DNA from: Felis catus
Taxonomy: Eukaryota
Assembly: GCF_018350175.1 (NCBI RefSeq)
Contig: NC_058369.1
Span: 7,194,001-7,258,000 of the forward strand
Length of the DNA stretch: 64,000 bases
Reading direction: 5' to 3'
The translations under genes were made by a program, and so were the position numbers. Below are positions 51,914-64,000 of the stretch, in pieces. Within the stretch, counting starts at the first letter, position 1; every line of letters begins with the position of its first letter. The notes under the pieces were generated by a model. That model was not told the origin of the DNA, made no database searches, and saw only the letters and a list, made by a program, of their open reading frames with translations.

Positions 51914-52810
51914 TTTTTGTTTGTTTGTTTGTTTTGAGAGCGTGCACGCGAGTGTGAGCAGGGGAGGGGCACAGAGAGAGGGAGACACAGAATCTGAAGC
52001 AAGCTCCAAGCTCTGAGCTGTCAGCACAGAGCCCAACTTGGGGCTCAAACCCACGAACCGGAAGATCATGACCTGAGCTGAAGTTGCACGCTCAACTGAC
52101 TGAGCCACCCAGGAGCCCCTAACTTTTTTTTTAATGTTTATTATTTTTGAGAGACAGAGTGCAATCAGGGGAGGGGCACAGAGAGAGGGAGACACAGAAT
52201 CTGAAGCAGGCTCCACGCTCTGAGCTGTCAGCACAGAGCCCAAGGCAGGGCTCAAACCCATGAACCGTGAGATCATGACCTGAGCTGAAGCTGGACGCTT
52301 AATAACCGACCGAGCCACCCAGGCACCCTTCTAGTAAAATTTCATGAAAATGTTTAAAGACTCAATGACAAGTTATATCTTGGGGAATGTGTACTTGTGG
52401 TATCGAGGAATCAACAATTTTCAAAACAGATTTAGATTATAAACCCTAAATCATCATATTCAGAGTATCTCTGCTTTGTCTTTGGTCAATGCCATTTGTC
52501 TCAAATATCTCCAAACTGCACTGAGTTTTTATAACAGAACTACCAATCTTTTTTGAATGCAGAATAGAAGAAATATCATAAAAAGGGGTGTCTGGGTGGC
52601 TCAGTCAGTTAAGCATCAGATTTCAGCTCAGGTCATGATCTCATGGTTTGTGGGTTCAAGCCCTGAGTCAGGCTGACACTGTGGAGCCTGCCTGGGATTC
52701 CCTTTCTCTCCCCTTCTCTCTGTCCCTCCCCCGGTCGCTTGCTTTCTCTCCCTTAAAATAAATAAATAAACTTAAAAAAAAAAAAAAAAGAAAAAAAAAA
52801 AAAAAAGAAA
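51875..52810. mobile_element. Two minus-strand SINEs (51875-52328, with an (ATTT)n tail) and one plus-strand SINE (52584-52810) in the last intron of paralog B
   Basis: SINE structure. Absent from the matching intron of paralog A (29663-30114). Confidence 0.9.
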
Positions 52811-52834
52811 AGAAATATCTCAAATCAGTCTTAC

Positions 52835-52917
52835 TTTTTGTATTTCACTGGCTGTTTTTCCTCCAAAAAAATCCTGGTGAGATTCTGACCCTTTAGTCTG
52901 AAGTCCTGTCTCCCATT
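52835..52917 (-). CDS. Paralog B 83-nt linker exon
   Basis: TTTACTTCAG|...|GTAAGA, encoding EWETGLQTKGSESHQDFFGGKTASEIQK. Confidence 0.85.
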
Positions 52918-53440
52918 CTGAAGTAAAACAAAGACACAGATTCAAACATCTGTAGAAATAAACCATAGGCTAAACAATCTTAAAAGAAGACTCAGTTTTA
53001 TTTTCATATTAAAATTAGTGAAATAAGAAAGAAAAAAGATTGCATCAGTTTGTTCATGGGAAAAATACAACGAAAAGTGTGTGGGAACACACTTTAGTGG
53101 CTTACTAAAAAATAACTTTCTGAAAACCAAATATGATGTGAAACTATCAAAATATTATCCAGGTAACAATATTATCAAGTAGACACATGAAAACCACGTG
53201 GACAAGGACACGCCAAAGATAAACCTGTAGAAGAACCAGGTCATTTGTGACATCACAGAAATTTTCAATAGAAGACTGAAGGAAGTTCAAGGTATCCCAA
53301 AACATCAAAGACAAATGGCTTCAGCCCTGAGACAAAATGTATCTTAAAAATGTTACACATTAAAGTTGCAAAGATGTCATACCTCAGATTGACCAGTGAC
53401 ATGCTTCTCATTCACCAGTGATGTCTGTCACCACACTCAC

Positions 53441-53521
53441 CTTGCAAAATACCCTGCTCCACTGCCCTTAGCTCTTGTTGTTCCAACCAAGCGATCAGCT
53501 TAGGTTTCGACAGTTGATATT
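53441..53521 (-). CDS. Paralog B KRAB-B exon
   Basis: GGACAG|...|GTGAGT, 81 nt, encoding EYQLSKPKLIAWLEQQELRAVEQGILQ. Confidence 0.88.
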
Positions 53522-53599
53522 CTGTCCACAGGAAAAGGTACGTTAATAGGAGAGACTCACGCAAGAGATCACAAGGCTTCTGATGAATCCAAAACTATA

Positions 53600-54013
53600 T
53601 TTCTTTTTTTTTTAATGGTTTCTTATTTACTTTGAGAGACAGAGAGAGCACAAGCAGGGGAGGGGCGCAGAGGGAGAGGGAGAGGGAGAGGGAGAGGGAG
53701 AGGGAGAGGGAGAGGGAGAGGGAGAGGGAGAGGCAGAGGCAGAGGGAGAGGGAGAGGGAGAGGGAGAGGGAGAGGGAGAGGGAGAGGGAGAGGGAGAGGG
53801 AGAGGCAGAGGGAGAGGGAGAGGCAGAGGGAGAGGGAGAGGGAGAGGGAGAGGGAGAGGGAGAGGGAGAGGGAGAGAGAGAATGAATCCCAAGCAGGTTC
53901 TGCACCGTCAGCACAGAGCTGGATGTGGGGCTTGAACTCACGAACCATGAGATCACAACCTGAGCCAAAATCAAGAGTTGGACATTTAACCAACTGAGTC
54001 ACCCGGATGCCCC
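53600..54013 (-). mobile_element. Can-SINE with an expanded internal (CTCCCT)n hexamer
   Basis: Reverse-complement SINE whose CT tract is expanded to ~210 bp. Confidence 0.9.
53668..53880 (+). repeat. (AGAGGG)n hexamer repeat, about 35 units with a few AGAGGC variants
   Basis: Seen directly in the sequence. Confidence 0.95.
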
Positions 54014-54780
54014 TAAAACTCTTATTTCTAATGAAAGCAGTGAAATTATTCCAAAGGACCAAAAAGGCAAATGCTCCCTTTCTGTGACAAAAAATCATTA
54101 TCTCTGACCCCTGAAAGCCAAAACAAACGTACATATATATTTAAAAAAAGCATAAGACATTTATTCAAATAGGAAATAAAGAAGGGGCACCTGGGTGGCT
54201 CAGTCGATTAAGCATCTGACTTTGCCTCAGGTCAAATCACGGTCTCGTGGTTTGTGAGTTCGAGCCCTGCATCAGGCTCTGCACTGTCAAAGCCTAGGAT
54301 TCTCTCCCCGCCCCCTCCCCACCCCCCTAACTCTTTCCCTACCTTTCTCTCTTCCCTCCCCCTACTCTCTCTCTCAAAATAAATAAATAAACATTAAAAA
54401 AAAAAAAAAACCCAAAGGAAATAAAGGAGATAAGGAAAGGAGATCTTCCTTTTCTATGGGGAAATCACTAGAGCAGTGGTCTCAAACGTTGGAGCGCATC
54501 ACAATCGTCAGGATAGCTTACTGAACATAGAAGATGGGGCAACAACCCCAGCTTTATAATTCAGAATGTCAAAAATGGAGTCTGAGAATGTAAATTCTTA
54601 GCAGAGCGATGGTGTTACTGTGGGCCCTATGGCCACATTTCCAGAATACCCACTGCAGGTTACAGCCCATTAGTGCAGGGACTATGCATCTCCTATTTCC
54701 AATTCTGTTTCAGATTAGGCACCACCAAGCCTGGAAACACATTAAGTACATGATCCATATCAGGAATGGTGGCAGCCTTA

Positions 54781-54912
<132 letters not shown>

Positions 54913-55531
54913 CTAAACCATCACACCGGGGTTGGCCTAAGAAACATCCCCACCAACGTTCACCAAAAAACCCCAAAGGAACACGTTTTTTCAGGATGGG
55001 AGACTCAATACCGATGCAGGGTCATGAGATTATCTCATGGTTCTGTGGTCCTAGGTACTCTTCTCTCGATCTAGACTCACTCACTGCTCCTCTCCACTCA
55101 TATGGTTTTAATGTCACATTTTAAACTTGAGTTTATCTCAGCATAACCAGAGTAGGAGCTCTCTTCTTATTTCCCTCTATTGCAATAGACTTCTGAGCAC
55201 GCTACGGATTCTCGATAAACAGCATAAAATGACTGAATTCTTTAAGAAAAGGACACTTACATCTTACCATGTCAGAGCACACAGCAAGGCGGAAGCCTGC
55301 ACTTGAAATCCTTGAGCTTCAGGATTGATTACTGAAATACTGAGACTATTTTTCACTGTAATCCCTTTGCAATGAATTTCCACTTCCAGGGAAGCTTCAA
55401 TTCGGGACTCAGTCCTTGCGTGGGGCTTTATTTGCTTTAGGAAGCTCAGGACGTAGATGTGCCTAGAAGGAATGTGTCCACCTGGTAGATGTAAATATGG
55501 CATTCTGTTGATTGATGTGATTATTTCTTAC

Positions 55532-55617
55532 CTGATGATAATTTTTCAGCCAGACAGCCACCATCCTTTCTGCCTCTGTGTTTTCCTCATGAAGGGGAAA
55601 AGGATCTCTAGAAAGAT
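55532..55617 (-). CDS. Paralog B pre-KRAB exon
   Basis: Donor CAG|GTAAGA. The in-frame acceptor is a weak GAG, giving DLSRDPFPLHEENTEAERMVAVWLKNYHQ. The 5' boundary is uncertain. Confidence 0.65.
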
Positions 55618-56113
55618 CTCAGGGAAAAAATAACACTTAGGTTCTTAGAATGCAACACAAGCATATCTCCCAGAATCACCCACCTGAAAGTCATTCCATC
55701 CTATTCTGAGAGTCCCGTATATCCCTACACACTCAAGAAATCTCATGCAAATACACACTATTGCCATTAAACACCAGAGTAGCCCAGCCACACCTGAAGC
55801 CACAAAAGAATGTGCCAGACACACTGCCCATGTAGAAAGGGGCCACAGTCTTATTTTGCAGGTATGGAAACCCAATCCCTGGGAAATCTGATTCTTTATT
55901 TGCCCAAGATAACAGAACTCATCAATGGGATTATGCAGCACCAACTCCCAAAGCACACACACCAGGAAGCTGACTTAGAGAACAGCATTCTCTGGCAAAT
56001 TTTAGCTCTAATGAACCAGCAGCCTAACTGCTTAGGCCCAGATCCCTGGACCCTATATTGTATAGGGGTTACATTTCAGAATCCTCTGAAAATGAGAATC
56101 AACAATGACTTAC

Positions 56114-56138
56114 CATGGGTCAAATCAATGGCTGCCAT
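56114..56138 (-). CDS. Paralog B start-codon exon (MAAIDLTH)
   Basis: AGGATGG start context, donor ATG|GTAAGT, paralogous to 33333-33357. Confidence 0.7.
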
Positions 56139-57562
56139 CCTGGGACACTGATGGTGAAATCTGCCTGATGCGAAATCTGATGCCAAGATCACTTCAGTGC
56201 AACTTAAGAATCTAAGTAAATATGGCAATTTTCATTACTCTTGACACAGGGTTAACTGGAGTCCTTTCCACATCAATCATTAATCAGCAAGCATTACTAA
56301 TCCATCAATCAAACATCATACATTAGCTCTCTCTCTGCAGATGATATATGTGAGATTCACTAAAAATGGTATAATCTGTGGTATGAAAGTCAATAACATC
56401 GATTACAATTTCCTGAGGATATGTGACACATTTTCTCACTAGGAGCTCTATGTATATCTGCTCACTTAATTATCATAACAATTCTCTACAATAGGTATCA
56501 TTAGCCCTACTTAATAGCTGATAAAATTAGAGAGAACACTAATCATTTGTCCAACACCTTCCAATTAGTAAAAAAGAGATCCACAATTTAATGTAGATAG
56601 GCTTGTCTCTAATGTTTGATCTCCTGAGGTTCTTATTCCCAAATAATAATCAGACATCATTTTAGACTTGCATTGTCCATTTTGGTAGCCAGCAGCTACA
56701 CATGCTATTGAGTACTTGATAGGCAGTTAGTAAAACAGGATTTTAAGTTTTATTTATTTTTATATTTTAAATGTAAAACTCACTTGCAGATTCACTTATT
56801 AGAGAACTTAAATATGGTTGGGTAAACTTACATCTACTTTCTCCACTGTATTTATTACACGATTCAAACACATATCAAGTACATGTCACAAAAATTTTAT
56901 GTCCAATGAATTCTGACTACTTGGTATGACGAAAAGAATTTAAAATCAATTTTTATATGGGTTACATGCCGAAATATTTTGAATAGATGGGATAAAGTGT
57001 ATCTCTTTTTTTTTTTATTACAGGTATAGGAAAGCTTTGCTCATATACATGACCTACACATTTGTATTTCCATTGGACAGCACTGGCCTAGAATACTGCT
57101 GGATAGTACACAGAGGATAAAAATGAAGTGTTCTATTTGGTTAACACCCTTGGGCTTCATTTGATGGAGCTTAGAGTGGCTTGGAGCTCTGAACCTCCTC
57201 TTAAGTTATCATAATGGGCTTATTCCTTCATTCTTTCCACAAATAATTAAGAAATTGTGGTCTTGTGCTAGGCACTAAGTAGAAAACAGTGACATATACA
57301 GCAAATGTCCCAGGGCTTAATGGCCCAACATTCCAAGGAGACAAGATACTCAATTATAAATGGATTCATCCAATCATTGTTGCAAAAATTCAAACAGGTG
57401 AGAAAATCGAGTATCCTATATACAAACACAAATGTATACACGAATATTTTGGATTTCTTTTGGGCAAGGTAAGGACAAACAAGGCAAGTAACCATAAGCT
57501 ATTCTAAATAACCCAAAAAGATAAGAAAAATAATGGTGGAAAGGTTTTATTAAACTCAGAAG

Positions 57563-59670
57563 AGGGGCGCCTGGGTGGCGCAGTCGGTTAGGCCTCCGAC
57601 TTCAGCCAGGTCACGATCTCGCGGTCCGTGGGTTCGAGCCCCGCGTCGGGCTCTGGGCTGATGGCTCGCAGCCTGGAGCCTGTTTCCGATTCTGTGTCTC
57701 CCTCTCTCTCTGCCCCTCCCCTGTTCACGCTCTGTCTCTCTCTGTCCCAAAAATAAATAAAAACGTTGAAAAAAAAAATTTAAAAAAAAAAAACTCAGAA
57801 GACATTACAAGTATTCAACAGCCTCAGTGGGTCCTAATTGAGGCTCAGTTCAATTAAGGTTTATGGACTTCCTCTCACCCCGGCAAAGGAGCAATGCCCA
57901 ATCAGACACCTTCACACTGGTCTATTTAGAAGTCTTCCTGGAGAACCTCCTTTTCCTATTATCACTTCTGTTTTTCACCAAGTTTTTATGTCATTTTTAT
58001 TCCTTTTTTTTTTTAACTTTTTTTAAATGTTTTTACTTATTTTTGAGACAGAGAGAGACAGAGCATGAGCAGGGGAGGGGCAGAGAGACAGGGAGACACA
58101 GAATCCGAAGCAGGCTCCAGGCACTGAGCTGTCAGCACAGAGCCTGACACAGGGCTCGAACTCACGACTGTGAGATCACGACCTGAGCCGAAGTCAGACG
58201 CTTAACTGACTGAGCCACGCAGGCGCCCCTTTATTCCTTTCTTAACAAGGCTTCCTACTCACTTTATCTTTTAATCTGATACAGTTCAAAGGATAACTCC
58301 TATGTTAAAAATTAATAATTCTTTAATAAATTAAACACAGAACAGCAGCCCAAATGCTGATCTACAGAATGCTATCCAAGTGATGACAAACACTGGAAGT
58401 TCCAGTTTCATTACCATAAACCAAAATAACCCTCACAACCCGAGATACTTCATTCTATCCATGAAAAGACCAGAACCCTGAAATTACATGCTGCCACCAA
58501 TACTGCATCTCAAATGCTTCGTACAGATTGCACTTACTGCCAGGGGTCTCAAACTGAAGTCCTTTGGGCTGAACAGACCCAAATGTGTTTACTTTCATGC
58601 CACACCTGTACATTTTTCCTTTTGGTTTTTCTTTTTAACTGAGATATAAGTGCTATGCAATGAAATGCGTAGATCTTAAGTATTCTGAGGATGAGCTCTG
58701 ACACTTATGTTTAGTCGTGTAATGAGCAGTACAAGGAAAATACAGAATATATTCATCTCCCCAAAAAGCTGTCTGACAGGAGCATCCCCTTTCTTTTGGA
58801 GAGCTCTTTGCATATTAAGGGTAGCATTACATCTGCTTGAAGAACATTATTTTCCAGTACATGTCACGGGGCCTGGCTCATTGAGGGCACCCAGTGATTG
58901 TTGACCAAGACCACTAAGCTACTTTACATCACTTAATGTGTCTCCATCTAGATTACACTTAAAGAACAGTCTCTAACAAAGTATATACCCCAAGTGTTGG
59001 GAAATGCAGTTAATTGTTCTAGAAATACAAGTGTATGGGGATCTCAGTCTTCTGAGCACTTACCCACCAGCCAGGAATGTCTGCAAATTGAACACTTATT
59101 TGCTGTGGATACTTGGCTTGTCTGCATTCCAAATGCTTGCCCAATGCCTGCTGACCACCTCTGCCCCAGGAAACCCAGCCAACTTATTCACAAGCAATGG
59201 ACTGCAATGATACCTTCACAAATAAAATGTGACCCCAGTCTTGGGGAGAAGGCACCCCTACAAATCTTACCTTATTATTCTGTTCAGTTCTAGGATAGAG
59301 TGCTCTTTACATCTTTGTAAACTCTTCCCATGTAGATCTAGAAATCAAGGAGAGATTTTTGTCTCCTGATCATACACCCAGACTTATACAAAATTGAGAC
59401 GGACAGTGACTGCAGGAGGTACACTGGTAGAGATAAGATGTGGATGGGGCGCCTGGGTGGCGCAGTCGGTTAAGCGTCCGACTTCAGCCAGGTCACGATC
59501 TCGCGGTCCGTGAGTTTGAGCTCCGCGTCGGGCTCTGGGCTGATGGCTCAGAGCCTGGAGCCTGTTTCCAATTCCGTGTCTCCCTCTCTCTCTGACCCTC
59601 CCCCGTTCATGCTTTGTCTCTCTCTGTCCCAAAAATAAATAAACGTTGAAAAAAAAAGTTTTTAAAAAAA
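57563..59670. mobile_element. Felid SINEs at 57563-57792 (+), ~58003-58229 (-) and 59446-59670 (+)
   Basis: TSDs AAACTCAGAAGA, TTTATTCCTTT and AAGATGTGGA. The span includes intervening sequence. Confidence 0.9.
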
Positions 59671-59899
59671 GATGTGGAGATTCATCAAGTGTGTGATTTC
59701 ATCAAGCCTTTGTTCTGGAGCCAGGAGCTAAGCTCCCTGACAATGGGAAAGCCATTCAGCTGCGTTATGAAAATCAAGCTATCACCTGTAGCTCATTGTG
59801 AAGATAGGCAAACAAAAGCACTTGCTTGGGAGTCCAAGTAAATGCTATGTTTGGCTGCTACCTCACTAGTGATGAGTACAAGGATTCTTATGGCTGGAC

Positions 59900-61960
59900 T
59901 TGCACACGAAATGACATGCTCAGATTTACTACGACAAGCTCAATTCAAGGTCTGAGAACCAGAAAGCTTCAAGACAGCTCTTAAAAAGCACATTTCTTGT
60001 GGCCACAAGACTCACACTGTTGAAAATCAAACATGAAATTTAATTGCACAGGTAAAAATAACACCACAATTAGAATGGCTGTCTCAACTAGTTGTTCGTG
60101 TGAAAATTAGGGCACTGATGAGGAATGAGTACTTGAAAACTGGAATGGGGGCATCTAGTCGGACCAACAGGAAGCTCACAATCTTGAATGCATAAGACAC
60201 TGACTCTCCCATATTAGGGAATTATCCTGCCCTTTCGTTTCTGAAATGAGCCTTCTGCTTAAAAATACTGAGGAAAAATCTCATTTGGGTTAGAAGTCTT
60301 GGAAGCAAATGCTCCTCCTCAAGACCCACCCAAACTACGTGCTATGCCCCTGGTGACATAAGTAGTTCAGTTCACAATCCACAGTAACAGGAATACAACA
60401 CAGTGCAAGATAAAATAGCTTGCACAACAAAATAGTTCCAACTCCAGTAATATGGAGAAGAAAGCTGGGTACCCTACGGGAGAAACAGTTGTAAGCATGC
60501 CAAACCTAGAAGGCTGAAATACAACAAATAAACTGGGCCAAATTCATTGACATGGGTGCGCTTTTTAGACAGTATGGGTTTAATACATTCTAGCTCATGG
60601 GTCTGGGGAAAGCTCTAACAGCTTAGATGGCACCACAGACTCATTGGTGACCCACATACCAGCAGAAAGAGTTCACATACCAGCAGAACTCCACAATAAA
60701 ATGTGAAGGAGCAAATCCTAGGGAGATAGGAATGTTGCAACGGATTTATCATGTGTGATACACAGCCCCCATTCCCCATCCCATCTTGAGGGAACAGAAC
60801 ACTCTTTCCACAACTTTATTGAGAAACGGGTAAGTGGAGCACCTTCACCCTTGAAGCCTAAGTGGTTATTCTCCTCTATAGGTCAGGTATGATTGTAGGT
60901 GATATACCATCACTGAGATGGACTCCCTGATTTCAGTAGGAATGATGAGGACCCAGAGTAGCAGAAGTCAAGTAGGAAACACTTAATTACCAAAGACAAA
61001 GTGGGCACATGAACTGTCAAGACCAGTGAGAATGAAACAGGAAATCAGAATGCTTTGTCCTGCAGAGATCTTTAGTGGCTAACTAATCGGAAACTAATTA
61101 GTCCCTTGCAACGAAACAGACAGGCAGCCTATTATAGCAGAGGTCAACAAACTTCCTCTAAAGATCCATACAGTACATTTTAGGCAAAGCAGGCCAAATA
61201 GTCCCTGTGCTATATTGAACTCTGTCATTGTGATTTCAAAGAACCAATGAATACATTTAAGTTTGTATAAAGCTCTACGTACAAAAATAGCTGGAGGGCC
61301 AGATTTGACTCAGGGTCCGCAGTATGCCAAGCTGTGTACTAGAATTTTACTGGATGTCTGTAAGAATAAGTCTCTAATAACCAAAACTCTGACTTGACTC
61401 ACCCCAGTGGAAAATCACAGCCCACTACCCAACTTCCAGACATTGACAAATTAAACTTAGAACCGCTTCAGCAAAGGATTTTGCACCATCACCACAATCC
61501 ATACTATAAATCTTCATACAGATCCTTCATATAAGCATTCATGAGAATGACTATACACGGGGGAAAAGAAAATACTATTCCACACCATCTGTAAGATGAC
61601 AAAGTACTAAGGATCCAATATATATATCACTGTGGCACCCCACCAAGTCAAAGTGGAGGCTGGTGGTAGATAACTTTTTAAAAAGTCTTAACTCCAATGA
61701 ACTCAGATTAAACCCAGCTGCAGCAAGCTACGACTCTGTGGTTTTCTTTCCACAGTGTCTAAATGTGTAATTGCAATACAGACATGCTTGGCACCTGGCA
61801 GAATTCCCTTATCTCTGACCCATAGCGTAAGAACCATTATGGCAGGAAAATCTAAAAGGAGGATCCTGGAACTCCCCACCACTGACATAATCATCCAGAA
61901 ATAATACAAACACTGCTGGGGGAACTGCAAAGACTAATGCCAACACCCAACGTACCCAAG
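59900..61960 (+). mobile_element. Decayed ERVL-class internal (gag/pro-region) sequence, antisense to paralog B, with a MER58-like insertion at ~61137-61335
   Basis: GGGCACTGATGAGGAATGAG...AACTGGAATGGGGGCAT, AAATTCATTGACATGGGTGC and TGGCAGAATTCCC...ACCATTATGGCAGGAAA resemble ERVL internal consensus as I recall it. No intact ORF. Confidence 0.6.
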
Positions 61961-63529
61961 GCCTGGAAGTAGGGGATTAGCCTTGAAGAAGTGAACGATG
62001 GACAATCACCTCAAGGCCAATTCCAGAAACCTAAACTAAACCTAAAATATACTGGGTTGACATGTTTTGTCTATGCTTGTTGTATTTGTTTATTTATGTG
62101 CATGTGTTTATTTATATATACTATATACTATATACACACACACACACTAGCCTTTCACTTTCCCTATGTCCTTCCTGTTTTGATTAATATACAAATTATT
62201 ACAGGGTAACATTACAATTTAGTCTTTAGGTAGCTGATTTTCGTGGCATGGGCCTTACTGACGTACATTCCTGTGGTGTTTCAACAATACTCCCTTCTCT
62301 GATTTTGTAAGCAGCCAGTAACAGAACCCGGTCTGCTTTAGAACCTGGGATTTTAGAACCCCGGAGCCAGCTGCCCTTGCACCCCTGCTATGTACTACCT
62401 CTGTCCTTTCAGACAAAAAGTCTACTAACCCTATACTGAACCCAATTACCACTTTCTCAAATTCCAAGAAATAAAGAAAACATTTAAACACACCATGGAA
62501 ATAAAATCACAAATAGCATTAAGTACAAGTTTTCAAAGAACATGTGACTCTTCCAAGTCAGTATTATGAAGAAAAAATGGCTCTGATCTAGCTTTATTTT
62601 TTTTTTTTAATGTTTATTTATTTATTTCAAGAGAGAACACACGCGCCAGCCGGGGAGGGGCAGACAGACGGGGAGAGAGAATCCCAGCAGGCTCCATGCT
62701 GTCAGCCCAACAGAGGGCTGGATCTCATGAGCTGAGTTGAAATCAAGAGTCTGAGGCTTAACCCACTGAACCACCCAGGCACCCCCCTGCTCTAGCTTTA
62801 AAGAGACTTAGAGACATAAAAACTTGTCATATAAACCTTGATTGTATCCTAGATCCAGAAACATCCAAAAACGTATTTTGAAACAATGTGAAAAACTTTA
62901 GATTTTACAGAGCAGATATTAGATAACATTTTTCATTTTCTTGGGTGAAATCAATGTATTATGGTTTTAGTAGCACAATGTCCTTATATTTAGGAGATGC
63001 GTTACTAAGTATTTGAAGGTCAAGCATCATCTACAATTTATTTCCTATTTACTCTCAAACAGTCCACTGAAAAATACATTTATCTAGAGAGAGCAACCAC
63101 GCAAAATGCAAAAATGGGTGAACCTACCTGAACGCACATTCATAGCAGTAGTTGCTTACATTTCCTTCAGGTTTAAGATTTTATGAAAGAAAAATGTCTT
63201 TCCACTAAATGGAAAACAGTCCAAGTGCCCTGTTAATAGGAAATCCAGTTATTCTGAAAATGGAGTATTCACGCCTCCATTCTTTTCTCCCGGAGTCCCT
63301 GGCTTGCAACTTGGTGGGAATGGACAGGCTCAGGAGGGTCTCAGGAAAAGCGACGTGAAAACGGTTTCTCTTTAGTACAAAGACCAGTGGAGCACGTGTG
63401 TATAACTAGGTACTGAAACATGCACACTACACACATCCGAAAAAGCATATCACCTAAGACAGCGTGTCCCGAAGAAAAGACGAGCGCAGACAAAGCCACA
63501 TTCTCAGATAAAACTGCCTCTTCCCCACC

Positions 63530-64000
63530 GAAAGGAAACACAGGCCCCGCTGAACCAACTTTCCAGAACGCTCACCGGCCGGGTCCCTGAGGCTGCGAGT
63601 AACGCGGCGGAGTCTGGGCCACTCCCAGCAGCAGAAACTCTTTTCCTTTGGGACAAAAGTCACAAAGGCCGCTTGCACACTGCAGGACAGGCGAGCACAG
63701 TGGCCACGAACACCCCGCGCACGCGCCCTCCCAGCAGGACCACAGCGGCTCCGCGCCAAAACCGCCGGCCTCAGCGGCCTGTCGGGCGGTCTAGGCGGAT
63801 GCGAGCCGCGCGGCCCACCGCCGACCCCGACTAAAACCGAACTTGGACTCCCACCTCCTGCCTCCCTTCACGCCTTCCCCACCACGGCCGGCCCACGTCC
63901 GACAGCTACCAGCCCAACGGGCTCAACCCTGCGCCAAAAAGCTGCCGGAGACCCCGGCGAGCGCGTGACGCCACTTCCGCTTCCTGCCGGGAATCGAGGG
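63530..64000 (-). promoter_or_regulatory. CpG island and probable first exon of paralog B (truncated by the window edge)
   Basis: Paralog of 40840-41300, with the same CACTTCCGCTTCCTGCCGGGAA ETS pair at ~63972-63993 and a donor at 63575. Confidence 0.85.

Noticed and set aside
53595..54134. Low-complexity ORFs (LPLP, SPSP, ERER, SLSL)
   Set aside because: These are translations of the hexamer repeat inside a SINE.

Overview
This is mammalian, not microbial, DNA. It is most likely felid, judging by about 50 tRNA-derived Can-SINE/SINEC_Fc copies and a carnivore L1. The window is part of a KRAB C2H2 zinc-finger cluster resembling the human 19p13.2 ZNF177/ZNF266/ZNF426/ZNF561 region. It contains (1) a decayed carnivore L1 on the minus strand (1-5389); (2) a ZNF177 ortholog on the plus strand (coding 11721-15463, 5 coding exons, 7 intact fingers); and (3) two tandem minus-strand ZNF426/ZNF266/ZNF561-like paralogs from a ~22.5 kb duplication (paralog A coding 33357-28478, CpG island ~40.5-41.6 kb; paralog B coding 56138-50403, CpG island ~63.2-64 kb). 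All exon chains were read by hand and stay in frame. The main observations are: a ~600 bp almost identical tract over the 5' exon/intron of two otherwise clearly diverged paralogs (probable gene conversion); a second homogenised patch over KRAB-A; changes at DNA-contact residues in every aligned finger; linker coding sequence that has become intron; fossil fingers past the stop codons; and an old ~0.9 kb block lying 3' of all three genes. I see no support for a wholly new class of system. Repeat family names come from recognition, not from a database search, and repeat boundaries are approximate.
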